Shown piece after piece: positions 24,255 to 27,400 of a stretch of DNA of 27,400 nucleotides (its first letter is position 1; every line of letters begins with the position of its first letter). The position numbers were made by a program, and so were the translations under genes. The DNA is from a virus (taxonomy: Duplodnaviria; Caudoviricetes): positions 1-27,400 of IMG/VR virus record IMGVR_UViG_3300030107_000109, one strand, 5' to 3'. Under the pieces are notes generated by a model. That model did not search any database. It was not told the origin of the DNA and worked only from the letters and a program-made list of their open reading frames with translations.

Positions 24255-25693
24255 TATACAGATTGTGTTCTTAACATTTTAGTTTTTTCTACCTCAAAAG
24301 AATATTGTATCAATTTATCATTAGCTATTGTTTTTTTAGTAAATGATGAACTGCTTAATGTTACAGGTGTTACATATTTATTTAAAGCTGAAAATGTTAT
24401 GTCAGTTTGGTAGCCCTCTAACAAATAAACTTCAGGGCTGTTTGTTAGTTCTTCAAACATTACATTATCATCTTCTTTTACAAAGTCTGTGCTCATACTA
24501 ATCCTTTCAGTTGCATTTCTTCTTAATGCTTTTTTGCCGCCTCTATAAGTGTCTAATCTATACAAAGATTCATTCCATGTGCCTGGCAATTGTGTGTAAG
24601 TAGTACCACTTGTAGATATGGTTCTAGTTGATTTTTTTGTGAATGTGTAGTAATCCCATGCACCCCATTGATTAAGCCAACAAAGCCTTATAGATTCATA
24701 GCCAAAACCATCAGGACAATTAAGTTTTATTTTATAAAAATCGGTAACTGCAACATTAGAAACATCTCTGCCTACTACACGTATTTCGCCACCCTGTATA
24801 GTTCCTGCGGTTACTAATGCTTGGAATGTAGTACTCCAATTTTGCAAGTTAGCAGGAAAGCAACCAAAGAATAAAAGATATTTATTAATCTCACCACTCC
24901 ATACATCATAGGCTCCATTGCCTAAAGTTCTATATATAGATTCAGTATTTAACAAAGAACCTGCACTATTATAGTATTGTAAGTCTATATGGTCAAGCTT
25001 ATCATTTACCGCTAAAAAAGCAAGTGTTCCATAATCTTCTAAATTAGCATATTGTGTTTTAGGTGCGTTGGTTAAAAATCTATCGCCTGGAGATTGTAAA
25101 ACAAAATCCGAAACATCAAATCCAAAATCATCACTTGGCGGCACCCCTCCTGTTCCCATTTTTAATTCATCTGTGTATTTAACATAACCATTAAATAAAT
25201 TAAAAAGGTCTGAATTTACTTCAGTTCCTACCTGCCTACGTACTGTATTTGCATCCTGATTCCCTGCTGCATCTGTTGCTCCTAAATATTCTACTGCAAA
25301 GACTAAAGCCATAAATCTTATAGAATTGTTATTCATAGAGTATTTATCTATCAAATGCAACGGATGCCTTTCTTCAGGACTTGTAAGTGTTGATTTATAG
25401 CTACTGCCATTAGCGGCCATATTATCTGCTTCTACATAGTTTTCTAAAACATTACGCAAATCAAACATTCCTACACCTGCATTGTTAGGTGTTGTTTTAA
25501 AACTACCTTTTAAATCATTTGTTGTAGTAGTATCAGGCGGTGTTGTATCGCTTATATGTATATCAACTATAAATTTTACCTTTTCATAATTTGTTACTGC
25601 ATCAATATTTGATATTACAAAAATAACCTCCTGCCCTACTGGCATTGTAGTATATAGTGGTTGTTGCTCTATTACTGAATTTTGAACTGACAT
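24254..25693 (-). CDS. Tail structural protein (distal tail-like)
   Basis: WLNQWGAWDYYTF, EELTNSPEVY motifs; precedes the large tail protein. Confidence 0.65.
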   Translation of the reverse strand: MSVQNSVIEQQPLYTTMPVGQEVIFVISNIDAVTNYEKVKFIVDIHISDTTPPDTTTTNDLKGSFKTTPNNAGVGMFDLRNVLENYVEADNMAANGSSYKSTLTSPEERHPLHLIDKYSMNNNSIRFMALVFAVEYLGATDAAGNQDANTVRRQVGTEVNSDLFNLFNGYVKYTDELKMGTGGVPPSDDFGFDVSDFVLQSPGDRFLTNAPKTQYANLEDYGTLAFLAVNDKLDHIDLQYYNSAGSLLNTESIYRTLGNGAYDVWSGEINKYLLFFGCFPANLQNWSTTFQALVTAGTIQGGEIRVVGRDVSNVAVTDFYKIKLNCPDGFGYESIRLCWLNQWGAWDYYTFTKKSTRTISTSGTTYTQLPGTWNESLYRLDTYRGGKKALRRNATERISMSTDFVKEDDNVMFEELTNSPEVYLLEGYQTDITFSALNKYVTPVTLSSSSFTKKTIANDKLIQYSFEVEKTKMLRTQSV

Positions 25694-25699
25694 ATTTTT

Positions 25700-26266
25700 T
25701 TATTTTACTGTTGTATTAGGTGCTTTGTCTAAGGTGTTTAATATATCTTTTTTAACAGCTGATAACATTTCGTTGCGAAATCTTTTTAATCCTAACATTA
25801 ATGGTCTTTGAAAAAAACTAATTCCTTTTGTTCCATTAAACTTAATGCTTCTTGAAATTAAAAAGGCAAATGATTTATCTGTTATAAACTGCCCCCCTTT
25901 GTTTCCTGCACTCTTCCATTTTTTATCTACCCTACCTCTTATTCCTCTTTTTTTTATCCACCTCTCAATTAATCCTGATGGTGGTTGTTTTGCACGTTTG
26001 TATGGTGTGGTTTTTGTTTCGCCTTTGTAGTCTGTATATTTTTGAGCCTTTTTAGTTCCTGAAACTCCCTTGTCTACATATTTACCATAATCTGACATGT
26101 AAAGTTTTAAAGTAAAGCCTCCTGAATCTTCAACAACCTTAAAGCTTAGAGAATTGTATAGATTTTTATCTACATTTTTTTTACCTTTGGTTAAATTAGT
26201 TCTAGCCTGTTTGACTATGTATTTACCAAAGCTTTCTAAATACCTTTCAAGATTGTTGGTCTCCAT
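25700..26266 (-). CDS. Basic neck/tail-completion protein (HK97 gp10-like)
   Basis: LYNSL, YGKYVDKGVSG, PPSGLIERWIKKRGI, GISFF motifs. Confidence 0.6.
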   Translation of the reverse strand: METNNLERYLESFGKYIVKQARTNLTKGKKNVDKNLYNSLSFKVVEDSGGFTLKLYMSDYGKYVDKGVSGTKKAQKYTDYKGETKTTPYKRAKQPPSGLIERWIKKRGIRGRVDKKWKSAGNKGGQFITDKSFAFLISRSIKFNGTKGISFFQRPLMLGLKRFRNEMLSAVKKDILNTLDKAPNTTVK

Positions 26267-26715
26267 TATATACTAGCTACAAATATTTCAACATCTACAT
26301 CTGTTGTTGCTGTTGGCCTTACTTCTAATTTAGCAATGTCTGCTAAAGAACCATAGGTAGGTACTGCATCAGCTTCTGCCAACATAACATCATCTGCCCT
26401 AGCTATAAGGTGTGAGTTTCCAGCAGGTATTAACATGGAATAATTAGAGGCTGTTCCTGCTACTCCAATTTCTATATCATGAGTAGCTGATAAGTTAGAA
26501 ACTCTAATATACCTTACATTTTCTTTGTCTAATGCTCCTGCACTATCATATACATTTGATGAGAATGTTGCTATTGTTGTTGTTGCTGTATGAGGGCATG
26601 TTATTACCCTTTCAAAAGTATCTGTTATATCTGTAACTGTTAAGCTGTTTGACGAACCCCTTAAAGCACCATTAATGGTTACGCTTTCAGATACTGTTAC
26701 TACTAAATTTGCCAT
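26266..26715 (-). CDS. Beta-rich putative virion protein
   Basis: VRYIRVSNL..VDVEIFVA; within the tail operon. Confidence 0.6.
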   Translation of the reverse strand: MANLVVTVSESVTINGALRGSSNSLTVTDITDTFERVITCPHTATTTIATFSSNVYDSAGALDKENVRYIRVSNLSATHDIEIGVAGTASNYSMLIPAGNSHLIARADDVMLAEADAVPTYGSLADIAKLEVRPTATTDVDVEIFVASI

Positions 26716-26720
26716 AATTG

Positions 26721-27125
26721 TTATTTTTTATTTTTATCTATTTGTTTTAATTTTCTTATCGCCCATTCAATGCCTGATGTACCACCCCATGCATCCCACA
26801 TTAAACCACCACATCCCTCACTATATGGAACGTCTTTATTTTGTTGATGTCTTTTAAAAGATGCCATTCTTGCAATTGTATCTCGGCTTATTGGCTTTCT
26901 ATCTGCTAATTGTGCTGAACGTGTCCACCCAACACGTGTTCCGCAATCACTACCATTTTCTTCCTTCCACTTTCTTGCACGTTTAGCGTTGTTAGTTGCT
27001 GATTGTGGGTAGTCATTATAACTAGCCATTTTAATACTAACAGCTTCTGCCATGTCTATTACATCATCAAAACTCATAACTTTATTGTTATCTTTGGTGG
27101 TATTATTTGTATCTCTATCTTCCAT
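26721..27125 (-). CDS. Hypothetical protein (SYNDYP...CGTRVGW...WDAWGG domain)
   Basis: 134-aa ORF with an A-rich start context in the tail operon. Confidence 0.7.
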   Translation of the reverse strand: MEDRDTNNTTKDNNKVMSFDDVIDMAEAVSIKMASYNDYPQSATNNAKRARKWKEENGSDCGTRVGWTRSAQLADRKPISRDTIARMASFKRHQQNKDVPYSEGCGGLMWDAWGGTSGIEWAIRKLKQIDKNKK

Positions 27126-27141
27126 ATTCTAAACTTAAACA

Positions 27142-27301
27142 TTAGTATCCTGCACCTGCATCCGTTACAGGAATGTTACAAGTATCAAAGTCATTCATTA
27201 CTAAGATACCAATTTGGAACACTTGACCGCATAGCAAATTATCAAACCTTTCGCTAAATGGCTCTATTGTAAATTGGTCTTGAGTAAAGTACAAAGGCTT
27301 A
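27142..27301 (-). CDS. C-terminal part of the junction-spanning protein that starts at 389
   Basis: In frame with 389-1 after removing the 98-bp overlap. Confidence 0.75.
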
Positions 27302-27399
27302 TTAATATCATCAACACCTGCTAACGATTGTCTTGTACTATGTCTTAACATTCCTATAAAATCTGTTGCTATTTCTAAAGTTTGATTATATACTTGTTG
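27302..27399. repeat. Terminal overlap, copy 2
   Basis: Identical to 1-98. Confidence 0.97.
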
Positions 27400-27400
27400 A

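Noticed and set aside
405-27257. All plus-strand ORFs in the track (e.g. 1967-2305, 17647-18033, 20471-20860)
   Set aside because: Antisense shadows of well-supported minus-strand genes, with no recognisable motifs
27302-27400. 98-bp repeat as a biological terminal repeat or att site
   Set aside because: It falls inside a gene that rejoins in frame, and its length is typical of an assembler k-mer overlap; the last-base mismatch is probably an end artefact
1-27400. CRISPR array, tRNA, integrase, reverse transcriptase/DGR
   Set aside because: No regularly spaced repeats, cloverleaf, recombinase or RT motifs, or TR/VR pair found by eye

Overview
The window looks like a complete, circularly assembled genome of a small AT-rich tailed phage (siphovirus-like). 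Bases 1-98 repeat exactly at 27302-27399, giving a unit length of 27,301 bp. Bacteroidota-type promoters (TTG-N19-TAnnTTTG) and A-rich, SD-less start regions point to a Bacteroidota, probably flavobacterial, host. Every credible protein gene is on the minus strand. The early/replication block (9751 to about 2750) carries an SSAP-like protein, a DUF3127 SSB, a DnaA-domain-IV-like protein, an HTH initiator with iteron-like repeats, a compact C5-methyltransferase, NinG, NinB, a sigma-like factor and DUF3310. It is followed by TerS/TerL, a tail operon that crosses the assembly junction, then protease, scaffold, capsid, tail tube, portal and adaptor, and a lysis cassette full of micro-ORFs. I recognised no integrase, repressor, polymerase, tRNA or CRISPR. 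The best candidate for an undescribed system is a ~48-nt plus-strand sRNA (1209-1256) with its own host-type promoter and terminator. Its free 5' end is complementary to AUGAAAAC start regions, best (15/18) to the first early gene, and its promoter overlaps a divergent phage late promoter. Also notable: a five-copy late promoter motif, a -1 frameshifting tail chaperone in a non-canonical position, a TerL with no canonical start codon, and apparent absence of GATC. All protein calls come from motif recognition by eye, with no database search.
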